Assembly: GCA_951406725.2 (NCBI GenBank)
Contig: OX597819.1
Location: 31,186,001-31,250,000 of the forward strand
Direction of reading: 5' to 3'
DNA length: 64,000 bases
Source: Octopus vulgaris
Taxonomy: Eukaryota
In this document: piece by piece, positions 49,035 to 61,927 of the stretch
Numbering within the stretch: position 1 is the stretch's first letter
How the letters are laid out: the number at the start of each line of letters is the position of its first letter
The notes under the pieces: generated by a model
The model's database searches: none
What the model was told of the DNA's origin: nothing
What the model saw: only the letters and a program-made list of their open reading frames with translations
Made by a program: the position numbers and the translations under genes

Positions 49035-49327
49035 GGAGGCGCAATGGCCCAGTAGTTAGGGTAGTGGACTCGCGGTTGTAGGATCGTGGTTTTGATTCCC
49101 AGACTAGGCGTTGTGAGTGTTTATTGAACGAAAACACCTAAGCTCCACAAGGCTCTGGCAGTGGCGATCCCTGCTGTACTCTTTCGCCACAACTTTCTCT
49201 CACTCTTTCTTCTGTTGGCCTGCTCGCTTAGCCAGTGGGGTGGCATCATTTGAAGGCTAAAACAATGCAAAGCCCATTGTGACCAGTGATGTGTAGCAAC
49301 ATCTGATAGCCTGGTCGGTCATGTGAT
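49035..49327 (+). mobile_element. tRNA-derived SINE family D, tail type 1
   Basis: Head GAGGCGCAATGGCCCAGTAGTTAGG...TTTGATTCCCAG. A tail-only copy lies at about 50670-50795 (-). Confidence 0.78.
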
Positions 49328-50297
49328 ATATATATATATATATATATATATACCATTTAAAGTTCATAGATGAAAATCAGATATTCTCTGTATAGAATAC
49401 ACTTAGTAGTGCTTGAGATTTAAACTTGAGTGGGTAGAGAAGTAAATGTATGGATAAACCAGTTAGACAGATCAATGTATAAAGTACATTAACTATATGA
49501 AATACAAAAAAATGTATATATGTATACTATGTATACACACAAAAAGGTCTGACTTACACAGAATACAAACAATACAGAGAATTAAAGGGGTTGAAGAAAA
49601 GTATTACAAATCCAACAGCTGTTTATGGGGGCTTAGTAGTCCAAAATAGTGTTTGTAGGTTGATTCCAGCGTAGGATGAAACGAGCCTCCACCTTCAGGG
49701 AAGAGATCTTACATTCTCTATATCATTTATATTGTGTAAGTCAGAGCTTTTTGCATGTATACATATACACATTTTTTGTATTTCGTGTATTTAATATACT
49801 TTATATATTGATCTGTCTAATTGGCTTATCTATACTTTTATTTGTATGTGTGTATGTGTATATATATGTGTGTGTGTGTGTGTGTTCTGTATTACCTTTT
49901 TCTATGCTAGTATGCATTAGACAAATACATACAACAGGGCCACTGTTTTACAGTTAGATACTATTCTTACTACTAACCCATACCTGACTTTCAAGCAAGG
50001 GAGTTCTCGTTCCACTCAACTTCAGAAGTGCAGAGCTACTAGCCAATTCATTGGAAAAAATTATGTCAACATTATTCACAGCTCAGCGACTTTTTTTGCA
50101 ATTTCAATAGCAGAATGTAAGAATTCATACAGACACACACACACATATACAGTAATGCTGAAATGTATTCAAACTTAAACTCCAAATTCTTCATCCAGGG
50201 TAAAGCCCACAGTACCAAGAGTGGGCCATAAGAGAAATCCAAATTAAGCTGATATGGCAGTAGTAATGCAGATAAACATAGTTAGGCTTTATTTATT

Positions 50298-50337
<40 letters not shown>

Positions 50338-50338
<1 letters not shown>

Positions 50339-50640
50339 TTTATGCGCCCTTTTCAAGCCTAGCCAGGCTCATGGGCCCAGTTTCTGTGGCGTATGTGTTC
50401 CCCCCCAGCTGGACAGGACGCCAGTCCATCACAGCGTTACTCAAGAAACAGAAAGAGAGAGTGAGAGAAAGTTGGGGCGGAAGAGTACAACAGGGGTCAC
50501 CACCACCCCCTGCCAGAGCCTCATGGAGCTTTTAGATGCTTTCGCTCAATAAACACACACAACGCTCGGTCTGGGAATCGAAACCGTGATCCTCCAACCA
50601 CAAGTCCACTGACCTAACCACTGGGCCATTGTGCCTCCAC
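50338..50640 (-). mobile_element. tRNA-derived SINE family D, tail type 2
   Basis: Same head and core as 49035 but a different 3' part (GATGGACTGGCGTCCTGTCCAG...). Confidence 0.78.
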
Positions 50641-51081
50641 ATATATATTATATATATATTATGCATATAATCATGTGATCATGTGACCGACCAGGCTATC
50701 TGGTGTTGTCATACATCGCTGATCACAATGCATTTTGCATTGTTTTAGCCTTCAAATAATGCTACTCTGTTGGCTTGGTGAGCAGGCCAACATTCCCCCC
50801 GATCGAAAGGGGGACTGGAGCAATGTGAAATGAAGGTGATGCCCAATCAGGGAACTGAACCCATGACCCAGCCATCATGAGTGCAACAGCCTAACCACTA
50901 AACCATGCACCTTCAAATGTGTGTGTGTGTGTGTGTGTGTATTGGCATTAGGAAGGGCATCCGGCAGTAGAAACCATGCCAAATCAGACTGGAACCTGGT
51001 GCAGTTCTCCAGGTCACTGGTTCCAGTCAAACTGTCTAAGCTATGCCAGCATGGGAAGTAGACGTAAATGATGATGAAGAT

Positions 51082-51132
<51 letters not shown>

Positions 51133-52996
51133 CATGGAGCACAAAAAATACATATATCAAGCCTATGTTCATCTGTATTACTTCCTCCATATGAGCTTGA
51201 TTTGGATTTCCCTTATGTTCATTCTTGATGCTATGGACCCTGCTCTGAATGAAGTATTTGGAGTTTAAGTACAAAATCATTTGAGCACAATCATGTGTTT
51301 TCTATATTGAACATATCTAGCTCTCACCTATTCTTCACACAGACACACACACACACACGACAGGCTCAGTACAGTCTCCAACAATCAAATTCACTCAAAT
51401 GGAATGGGTTGATCCAGGACTATAGCAGAAGACACCTACTCAAAGTGCTGCATTGTAGGACTGAACTGAAAATCGTGTGGTTTAAAAAGTGAACTTCTTA
51501 ATCACACAATACTATAATATTCTGCACTCATTTCCTTAGCATGGGTGGAATGTATGATCAAAAACTTAGAAAAAAATGAATTTTTTTTTATATAGTAGAC
51601 AATTGTATGTAAATGTGATCCAATGAAGAGTAACTGTAACTAGCAAGACAGTCAATTGTCTAGTACTTCACATGTATCTTATGTTATTATGATAGCTTAT
51701 ATTTCCATTAAGTTCAGTGAATTGAGAAATAAATGGAAATTGAATTTTACACTTTTGAAAAAATTTTCAAATTACTATAATGGCTCTGCCACAGTTATTG
51801 CTAAAATTTTATTAATATCTAATTAGTACTAAATACTGCTTTTAGCTCATAGAGAACTTGAAAACAGGCTTTGTTTTCAATACTATTGTTTTTCGGGGGG
51901 GTTTTTTAAGTATCACTGGTATGTTGGACTTTGTAATATTTAATTACATCTTGAGTCTGAATCTTGCCAAGGTCGATTTTTGTCTTTCATCCTCTCAGGG
52001 TCAATAAAATATCATCAGAAATACTGAAGCAGGTGGTGGTAACTATCTTAATTGCTCTCTACTTTTTTATGTATTACCACCTATCACCTCCTCCTCCATG
52101 ACCCACTCCTATTTTCCTTATATTCCCCCAAACTGAGACTTACCATTGCCCTATCCACTATCAATGTTCACCATTCGCTGCTTTCCCTTCTATCTCAATC
52201 TCTACCATCCGTCAGTCTTCTTTCACACTCTCACAAACCTACATCCACACCCAGTCATCCTTGATCATCTACCTTCTTGTTCCTCGAGGGTATGCCCTGG
52301 TACCTTCTCTTCACCATTCTTCTCTTTCCATGTATCTCTTCTGAAGCAAGACACTAGCTCCTGTTCGTCTTTCATACTTTAGCCTCTCAATATCCAGCAC
52401 AAATCCACTTCAATACTGCATTCCTACTGCCAAAGGGTCTTGTTTTGTGAGTTACTTAGTGACCTCACTAGTACTGGTGCCATGAAGTAAAAGCACTCAG
52501 CACACTGTAAAGTAGTTGGCATTAGGAAGGGTGAAGAAACCATGCCAAAGTAGACATTGGAAGCCAACACAGCTTTCAGGCTTCCGACTCATTCCAGCAT
52601 GGAATACAGATATTAAATGACGAAGATAATGAATCTAATGAAGAGTGTTGAGTGAAAAAGGGACAATTACTAACAGTGAGGAGTCTAAATGGAAGAGAAA
52701 GACACGAGGAGGGAAGTCAGGTCTAAGGATGTTTGGTCTTGCAGACAAAATAACAAAGAAGTAAGAAGAGTAGTGATGTGCTGTAAAGCAGATCAGTTCA
52801 ACTTATACCATCATAGGGAAAAATTGGATATTATAGTGAAGATGAAATACAAAGTATGTTGCGTAAAAAAAAACAATAAACAATTATCTGTGTGTGCGTG
52901 TATGTATGTGTATATATATATATAAAAACAGATAGATATAGATAGATGATAGAGAAAAATAGGCATCACAATATAATTGAAGTAACTTAGACTTAC

Positions 52997-54866
52997 TTTT
53001 GGTAGCAGGAATCCTGGTTAAATATATCATCTGAAGAAAGTCCAATTTCCTTAGGTAGTGTGTGGAAACGTGAAAGATAGGGGTCTGAATGGGGACTTGA
53101 TGGACTACCACGGTAAGTGGTACCATCAGGATTATTAGAATCTGAATAGAAGACAGGTAAGTTTCGAGGATAAGCATCTATAGAGTCAGAATGCTCATAG
53201 GTATCGTAAAATTTTAATATAGAATTCTTAATAATAATGGGCTTTTTAGGATTTTTGGGGTCAAAGAGTTTCTTTTTTGCCTCGCCACCTTGTTCCCTCG
53301 GCCGAGACTGCATGTTCCTTGGCGGCAAGGAAGGCTTCAATGTGTCAGATTGAGGACCAAAGTGGCTCTGATGATCTGGCACAGTTGATACATTATGTGG
53401 TAAGTGTATTATACCACCACCTCGAGGAGCAGAACTTTTCTCAGAGTTCTTGTTCTCTCCTGACTTACCGTTAGCAGCTTGGTTGACTTCAACTTGACGG
53501 TCACTTTTACCAAATGTTACTTTGATACCCAGTTTTCTTAAGTCATTCTCTTGTTCATTGTTTTTACTAGACTCATATGTGGTCTTCTTCCTTCTACCAC
53601 GACCTTTGCCCTTTCGAGAACCTTCTCCAGAACGTTCGGGATCATATTCTTTGGATGGGTTACTTTGAATACTAGAGTCTCTACTTTCAGTTTTCGAGTG
53701 CCTGGAGCTTCTACGCCGATCTCGTTTACGGCTACGCACATGTGAAAGCTGATCACTGTAATTACTACCTGAACTCTCAGTTCGTACACGACGATTTTCC
53801 ACTATACCACATCTGGGCTGCTTCCCTAAGTAATCCATGTTCTGCATATCTTCAGTCATTTGCTGAATTTTCTGAGTTCCTTCTCGTAGTTCTTCATGCA
53901 CTGACTTGGACATTTGATGCTCAACATCCTCATCCCAGTCAAAAGTCTGACCTCCATTGACATCTTCCATGCTAGCATCACTAGCAGCACTAAATTCACT
54001 GCTGATACTGCCAGTACGTTGCCGTCGATATTGAGAAGTATAACATTTCGTTTTCGTATAAGAGCGCCGTTTTGATTGTCGTTGGCTCTGGCTACTTACA
54101 GAATCACAGTCATCGTCTCTTGAATAATCAATACTCTTCCGCATTCCTTCAAATTTATAGCGACACATTCTGCCACCAGGACTGATTGGAGCTTCAGCTT
54201 CACTTTCTCTCGAATAATCAAGGGACCCTCGATGTTTTGGTGATCGATAAAACTCTTCTTCTCTGTAATGGCCATCTGCCTTATCGTGAAACTGTAAGTT
54301 TAATAACTGGCTGTTATTTCTACGTGACTGACCACCACTGCCACCGCCACCTCCAACCTCTAATTGATCATTTAAAACAGTTACAACCATTTTGTTTAAA
54401 TCATGTTTAATATCTACTTTTCGATTAGAGCCAGAACTAGAGAGTATTTCTTTCTGTTCAACATCAGCTTTAGTGTCACTCTTACTGCTTTGCTCAATCA
54501 ACTTTGCACGGGGAATATACCTAGGAATCTCAGGTTTTTTATAGGTTAATGTTGATGTTTTCCTTGGATCTTGAGAGGCAAGTTGACTAGGTTTTCTGGG
54601 TAAGGAGTTTGAGCCATGTACATAAAACGTGTTTAAAGTACCAGCAATGCTGTCAATCTCCTTCTCCATGCTGCTATCTTTACTGTCTCGATAACTCTCA
54701 TCATCAGATGTGAAACCATCAGTTCCAGATGTAGACTTCTTGAACCTTTCTTCTCCTTTATATTCTGTACGACGACTCAGACGAGTTATTCCTGGCTGAT
54801 ATACTTCTCTTGTAGGTCGCTTTGTTCTTGGTTTACCAAAGTATTCTTTTAATTTTCCTTTATTTT
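52997..54866 (-). CDS. SMG6: SMG6 large exon 2: disordered N-terminal region with EJC-binding motifs
   Basis: Core of the 638-aa ORF 52993..54909. Acceptor TTTTTCAG|AA, donor AA|GTAAGT, 1870 nt, phase 1 to 2. Motifs KRPTREVYQPG, KKPEIPRYIPR, RGGGIIHLP and KLFDPKNP resemble conserved SMG6 motifs. Confidence 0.93.
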
Positions 54867-56234
54867 CTGAAAAATAAACAAAAATATATATAAGTATGAA
54901 ATTCAGCAAGAGGAGTTAAAGAATAATGATCAGAAGTTTTTTAAAAATGCACTAAAGTGCACTACAAGAAGTATACAGGTATACTGTAGATTTAAAAAAT
55001 ATAATTTATGGGTTTTAAAAAAATCTATACTAAAATTTGAACATCTTGAAAATAGCTTTCTGTAATTCTGTTTTCTCAATTTTTTTATTTTGAAATAGTT
55101 TTCTTTAAAATTTCCATGCAAAATAATTGTCTATTTGACCTCCAGTTTGTTGCAAAGTCAAAAAGATCAAGAGCAACGGCTATAGAAAATAGCCAACAAA
55201 TGATATCAAATCAAGAGAACCTTCTTCAGAACAAGGACATTCTTCAGGTTTGAGAAGTTGTTCATCCTTTGTAAAGCTCGGTTAAATCACCAAGTGGATT
55301 ACTGTTGCTATGCACACTAACATACTATGCTGCATTCAAAAGAAGGCCATTTGACTAACTGATCAGAAAAGACTCACTCACCAATACGCTGTAAACTCTG
55401 ATTCATTGATAAGTCTCCTCTCTGTACCTATTGCTACTTCAAAACTTCTGCTCATATGGACTATCTAGCCATATATCATACCTCCCATTGCATCATACTA
55501 ACCCCTTTTTTCAATCATTCCATGTTACACTATCAGCCTATTATGCATTTTAGGGGAGTTGATATCTAGAAAGAGATAAATTATAACAAGTTCATTGTCT
55601 TCTGGTTTACATTAGCCATGTAGCATTGACACAACACTAATTTTTATTTAAACAGCAAACATTTTTGCATGGCTGCAAAGTTGCAGTATTGGTGCTGCAT
55701 ATCAAAATATTGCCCTCATTTTAATTTACAAGCTACATTAAAGTTTGAATGCTGTGAACTAGCTTTGAATATAAAATGTTTCTACTCAAAGCATCAAAAA
55801 TTTGGCTCAGTTGTGAGAAATTGATTGTTGTTGACTAATTTGGCTACTTCATCCAAGTATATGTAAAAAATTTAAGGATTTGCCAACTTCTTCATTTGAG
55901 AAGAACAGTTAATAATGTTGATATTAGTAAATATATTCTAGAATTAGCAAACAGGTTGCTGCTTCAGTTTCAACCATTTCCTCCTGCTGGTTATGTTCTT
56001 TCAAAAATCATGTCTGTCATACAATTCTATGATGAAACTTTATAAATTCAATTCAAAAACAAAACAATCATTCGTGTAGATATATCAATGTAGTTAAGAT
56101 GTTCACTTTGCATCTGTGGTTCCTAGTTCAAAACCAATGCATCTTTATATATTTGAGTTGACCAATGCCTTGTGAGTGGAATTTAGTAGATGGGAACTTA
56201 GTGGAAGCCCAACAATATGTGTGTGTGCATGTTT

Positions 56235-56690
56235 TGTGCATGCTGGGTCTGATGTCCTCTACAGTGCAGAGAACTGAATCATGCTCAAACAAGACCTGAA
56301 CAAGCTCAAGGTGTTCCAAATGTAGTGTCTTCCTCAGATCTTCTAACAACATCTGAGAACAATGGCAGCAACAGTTGACCATTGAAGACCAAGTTTGGCA
56401 GCACAGGCTACAGTGGTTTGGCCATTTCTGCAAGATGAGCACTGGAAGACTACCACATCAACTTTTGTGGCAGAAGTAACTCACCCACTGGAGAGTCCAG
56501 CGCAGAGCACCAAAGAAGACATGGGCAAAACAAATTCAGGAAGACCTGAAGTCACAGTGCCTTGACCTCAAGCACACCAAGGTCAGTGCCATGGATTGGA
56601 ATAACACCATCCACGTGTGGAATTACACCCATAGCAATGCATTGGTTGAGCGGACAGCCACCCCATCTGGTAGCCAGCTAGGGATTGAAG
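56235..56690 (+). mobile_element. Decayed RTE-like LINE ORF2 C-terminus
   Basis: RLQWFGHFCKMSTGRLPHQLLW and PKKTWAKQIQEDL remnants. Confidence 0.68.
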
Positions 56691-59190
56691 AAGATGTATA
56701 TTTATATAATTTGGAAGCAGGGATGGTCCAGTGGTTAAGAGTTTGGTTTGCAATCATGGGGCCTTGGGTTTTATCTTGTCTTAGTACCTTGGGTATGCGT
56801 CTATTACTATAGTTTTAAGTCAACTGAAGTCTTGCAAGTGAAATTGAGTAGATGGAATCTATATCAAAGCTTGTTGGATGGTCCAGACATACTGTGATAT
56901 TACATAAATGTACAAGTCAGTGGAATATTCAGCCACTTGCATTGTAATTCAATGAGTAAGCAGATCAGTTTATTGAACAACTGTAAAACTCATTGTTGAA
57001 ATTGATGAAAGATCTATTTATAATTGCTTTGTAGAAACTGAGTCATGTGCCAAGTTGCATCTCTTTATCAAAAGATAACCATTCAATAAACAGATCAAGA
57101 AATAAGTACTGGGGTTGATATGGTTAGCTAAAATACTTAGAGGTGATGTCCCAGCATGGCTGCAGTCCAATGAATAAAGCTAATAAAAGAATAGAAACTT
57201 TGTATCTCTTGATTCTTTGTCACAGATGAAATAATATATTCCAGTATGAAATCTAATTCATATTTTGTCATTCTACTTCTAACTTATACATCACTTAGTA
57301 TATTTATACACTTATCTACAAAAAATGTACCATCTATTCACGTTGTAATGCTCACAGTAGTAATCTCTCTTGAGTACATAAGCTACACTTTCTTTTTTCG
57401 TTTTTTAGGTACTTACATTGATCCTCTCATATAACTAGTTAAAATAAGGTACCTTTCTCAATATAGTCTATTGACTCGAGGCAGTATGAAAAGCTAAGTC
57501 ACCATAACCTTAATTCACGCCCGTACACTATCGAGCATCTCATCTCATCAGTTATATAATCTAGAGCACTTTACACTGCATCCTATGTTGGTAGTTGTGA
57601 AACTTAGAGATCAGCATCTGTAGCCATGACTATTCAATGTATGTTGAGTGCCTTAGCAGTAAATCTTGATGGAGTTAGGGGTTTGAATACAGAGATAAAT
57701 TGGGTTACTTTCTAAGCAACTCAAATTTCTTACAATATCTCATTGCAGAAAAAGGGCAGCTATAACTGTAACAAACATACTTGAGTAGTTATTATCCTTG
57801 AAGAAGGGGATATTGAAAGAGAACGGTTAAAAAGACGAAATGCTGTGATGACGAGCGAAATTTTTAAGAGATTACGTTTTACTTTGTTTAAATGAAAAAA
57901 AAGTTTCAATTTGATGAACAGAAGGGGTCGCTATCCCCTCCTCCTCCTCCAAGGAAGATGTGTATATGGTGGTGGGGAGATGCAGTGCTTACCCATCGCA
58001 TAATGTCTATACAATTCCCATAAAACCTAGTATGTAGGATGTATGGTGTAATGGAGGGAAGTTTATAAAAAGACTGACAATAAAACAAGGCTGGGTGGTG
58101 CTGTAATCGTCAATAGGGAGTATGAAGCCTCCCCTTAAACAACAAAAAATCGATCCCAGCTGGCAATAGACGCTACTATATTACTCATCTATACCAGTGG
58201 GAAAACAAAATTTACTGAAATACATCAATTATCTGAACTGAAGAGAAGAATGAAACCTAAAGTAATTTGTTGTTGTTTAGCCTAGTCGGTCCTGATCGAA
58301 TAGGTCTATAAACAAAGGTATCCCAATCCGTTTTTCCCTACATAAAGTTCACCCGGGAGTACATTATCCAAAGTGTTCTTTTCTAAAACAGTGGGATGTG
58401 ATCTAAGAGATTTAGCTGTTATTTTTAGCAGTTTGAGTTACTACATAGCTCGAGTGATTGACACTATCGGTGTAAGTTTTCCATTATTGATTGCCCTGTC
58501 CTATAAATGGAATAAACAGGAATGGCAGATTGGGGGTTCTATACAGAATAATAGGAACGGGAGAATCCATACATACATTCAATAGTTTTAATAATCTTCC
58601 TTGCAGACTCTCGCATTCATATATCCCGTTCATAAACAGACTTTAACATTACCATGATATCCTAAACAAAGAAACTACATTTCCTATTTTCTTGCCGTTA
58701 CATGCAGAATATGTACTGAAAATCAAAAATAATTAATATTTTCCAAAACAATAACCAAACCGAAAACATTCTAACGAAATTAATATGAAACATTAGTCAT
58801 CACCCATTAACATCGGTTTTTGGGAGGGTGCATTTAAAAATAGCTGCCAGAATTAATCATAACTTTCAAACTGCAACTTAGAACCTCTCTTTCTCTCCTC
58901 GTCTCTCTCTCTCTCTCTTCAAATGATGGTAAAGTACGTTAATACTAACAACAGTTATGTAGTCTTCTAAAAAGTATTATGCCAGTCGTAGTAAGCACGT
59001 AGGGCAAAAATCCATACTATTCAATTTTACCTCTTATTTTCTCCATGATATAAAACTAGTTTTTTTCTTTCTTTCTTTCTTTTGTAAATTATTTCTCTGA
59101 AAATAAATAGCCATGTTAAAACAACAACCAAGGTTCCACATGTGTAAACTGTTCCATCTTGAATCAGCTGTTGGAAACAGAAAGGTATTG

Positions 59191-59192
<2 letters not shown>

Positions 59193-59231
<39 letters not shown>
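59193..59231. repeat. (TA)n microsatellite
   Basis: Direct reading. Confidence 0.95.
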
Positions 59232-59236
<5 letters not shown>

Positions 59237-61818
59237 TGGAAATTAGAATTTCAATATAACATAGCTAGTATATAATATAATAACTCCAGCGAAAAACAAA
59301 CCAAGTTCTAAAGAAACAAAAACAAAAAGGTGTTGGGTTAATTAGTAATATTCTCTTCTTCTTCCACCACAACAACACAAAATAAATAACAAAAACAGTA
59401 ACTGCTCCAAGAAATGTTCTAGCAACTGTCTTTAATAATAGATTGCTGGGGGGGGGGGGGTAGTTTTGTTTTTTTGTTGTTTTTTTTTTCTTTGTGTTCT
59501 GCCAAGAACCAGACAGTGTAATATTCCAAACACTTTCTCTTCTCTACTACTAACTTGTATTTTCGATATCAAAACTATTACTTAACATCGTCGAGCGTGT
59601 GTACTTTTAAACAAGAAAAATAAACCGAATTTCCCACTACTTTGATTTCAAAGAGTTTAGGGAGAAATAGAAATCTGAGAGGTAGAAACGATGGTACTAG
59701 TGATGACATGAAAACAACTTCTATGAGATTCCAACTTTAGTTATTGCCAAAGTCTGCGAGTAAAACTATACAAATACATGAAAAAAAAAACATGTAAGGC
59801 AAAATGCCAACACAAGCGAGAAGATACTGGTTTCTTCATCTCTTTTACATCTATCTACCGATCTATAACTATCATCATGTACATTCAATGATTTTGATTC
59901 ATTGTTCTGTAAAGGTTATAAACACGAATAACATTAAAATACATTTAAATGTGAGTGTTTGATTCATGGAACACATCGACCAAGTATCTCTGTTTCTATC
60001 AGCATTGTCCGAGAATACCGCTTGCAGTTTGTTTTAATACTTTCGTTGTTTTCTCGCCTCGGTAAACTGTCATGGTGAAACATCTTTATAAAATGAGTCA
60101 TTTATATACTTCGTGAGGTTTCACTTTCTCCTAGAAAAAAAAAACGTAATAAAATCATGGAAGAATAATAAACTTTGTGTCTGTCCCCTTTAATTGAACA
60201 AGTGGGGAGGGGCATCTTAAGAAAGTAATAAGTAAACTGTGGCGTCTATGCCTTCGTTTGAAGATAACAGAACGACCTTTCCTTATACAAATAAAAGAAC
60301 TGTTCCTATAACCATTGGCGAAATGGGAGCAGTTAGGGGGGGGGGAAACAGTTATAGTTTAGCCCCAAGTCAACCTTGATTGAGAGACCTATGGTCAAAA
60401 GCATTCCGGCGATGACTGCCTTTTTCAATTTCTTTTATGATTAGGTACATTATCCAATGTGACATTCCTTTATTAAAGACTGGAGGGTATGATTTACGGT
60501 AATTTGGCTGCTATTTTTTACCAATTCGAACGACCACATATAGGAAAGAAAACGGTTAAGAAAATCATAGCGAGATGAGAATATTTCAAAACTATTCTAG
60601 TCTCTGGCAACAGTCTCTCTCTCAGCTTCCAGACTCAAGTGTGGAATTAGATTTAAAACTATAATTAGATACATATTTTGCAGATGAAGGTTTCCATTCT
60701 CACGTATTTCTGTGTATGCAGACTAAAATGTTGGTCAGAAAATGAAGATGTAACTGGAATGGATATCACGAAGACGGTGGTATCCCGCAGGTAGATGGGA
60801 CGAAAATAATTGACTTTAAAGAAACATTTACACATAAACTTCGACAAAGCCCATTTCAAAATATCGGGTCCCAGTATCCAAAAGACACAACCAAAATATA
60901 TAGAACCAACATAAAAGAAGCAAAAAGGGTGTAAATATTGTGATTGTTTTTAATAAAAGGGTTGGAAAAAACAAAACACTCCCAAGCAATACAATCATTC
61001 ATCTAATATCTTTATGGTTTATAACAGAACAGTTCCACATCGTTGCTTTATATGGTTTGTTTATAAGGTTTCATTATTTACCATTCTTTATTGATAAGGG
61101 TCATGTTGCTATTCTTACGAGTCGAAACCTAAAGAAAACACGTTGAGGAGAAAACTTCATTTTCGGTTGGAGATAACGAAGCAAAAAGGTAGACCGTAAG
61201 TTAGAAAATTGCCAAATTGTAATATGTGGATAGTGGCGTTTAGTGAAGAAGAGCCAGAACTAAGAAACATTAGACACTAGAATAAGTAAAAACAAGAAAG
61301 TGAAAAAAAAAAAAAATCTTCCAAACCTACAAGTTGCGTAAAGAAGCTGCGCAGGAAGAGAAGAAAAATGGTTAAGTTTACAATTGCTGGTTATAAAGAC
61401 GGGGATTAGTTTGTTACTTGGTTTGCGTTGCAAACTGATCCCTCATTTCTCACACAACAAACTAAGACTTTGTAGATCTAATATATATATATAAATAGCA
61501 AAAACCCAACAACAGATGATTTAGAATAAAGGTTTTCGATTTTTGCCTTTGAAAGTGTCCACTCTCTACAGAAACAGATATAAAAGTTTAGGTATTAGAA
61601 ACGTGTTGTTTAATCAAATAAACTATAATTTCTGATTTCGATTTTGTTTGTTTTCATATCAAAAGCAGAAAAAAGAAAACAACGCGCAGCAGACAGAAAA
61701 AAACAAACAAAAACTGGATTTTTTTGAAAAAAAAAATAAAAAAGCATTGATGAATTTTAAAAATCACACAGGTAAATCCTAGTGTCGAGACGAAGTTAAC
61801 AAAGGGGGGAAAACATAC

Positions 61819-61927
61819 CTTTACGAGTCTTTTCAACAGATTTATCCAAATTTGTATCCTTTTGTGCCGTAGAATCGCCAGCAGATTTCATGTAAAGTCC
61901 TCTAACTTTCTCTTGCTGCTGCGCCAT
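61819..61927 (-). CDS. SMG6: SMG6 coding exon 1 (MAQQQEKVRGLYMKSAGDSTAQKDTNLDKSVEKTRK+G); in-frame alternative ATG at 61942
   Basis: ATG in GCAATGG context, open frame, donor AAAG|GTATGT. Phase 1 joins exon 2 to give E-N-K-G-K. Sequence similarity to known SMG6 N-termini is weak, so the call rests mainly on phase and position. Confidence 0.7.

Larger units (their letters stand above)
181..61927 (-). other. SMG6: SMG6/EST1A gene (telomerase-binding protein EST1A, NMD endonuclease), 15 coding exons visible, 3' end (PIN domain) outside the window
   Basis: Manually spliced exons are all phase-compatible (3855 nt, 1285 codons). The peptides match hallmark SMG6 segments: KRPTREVYQPG, QLLWKSVYYQLIE, CLGDIARYRE, WYMRAQQLAPKNGRPYNQLA, YYYMRSLAASNPF, HGKLFTKIGMETF, VKVWTDWM, EDTMLCGFVPLL. 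Confidence 0.95.

Noticed and set aside
52993-54909. Stand-alone 638-aa gene
   Set aside because: It is bounded by a splice acceptor and donor, its first 14 residues are intronic polypyrimidine tract, and it is exon 2 of SMG6.
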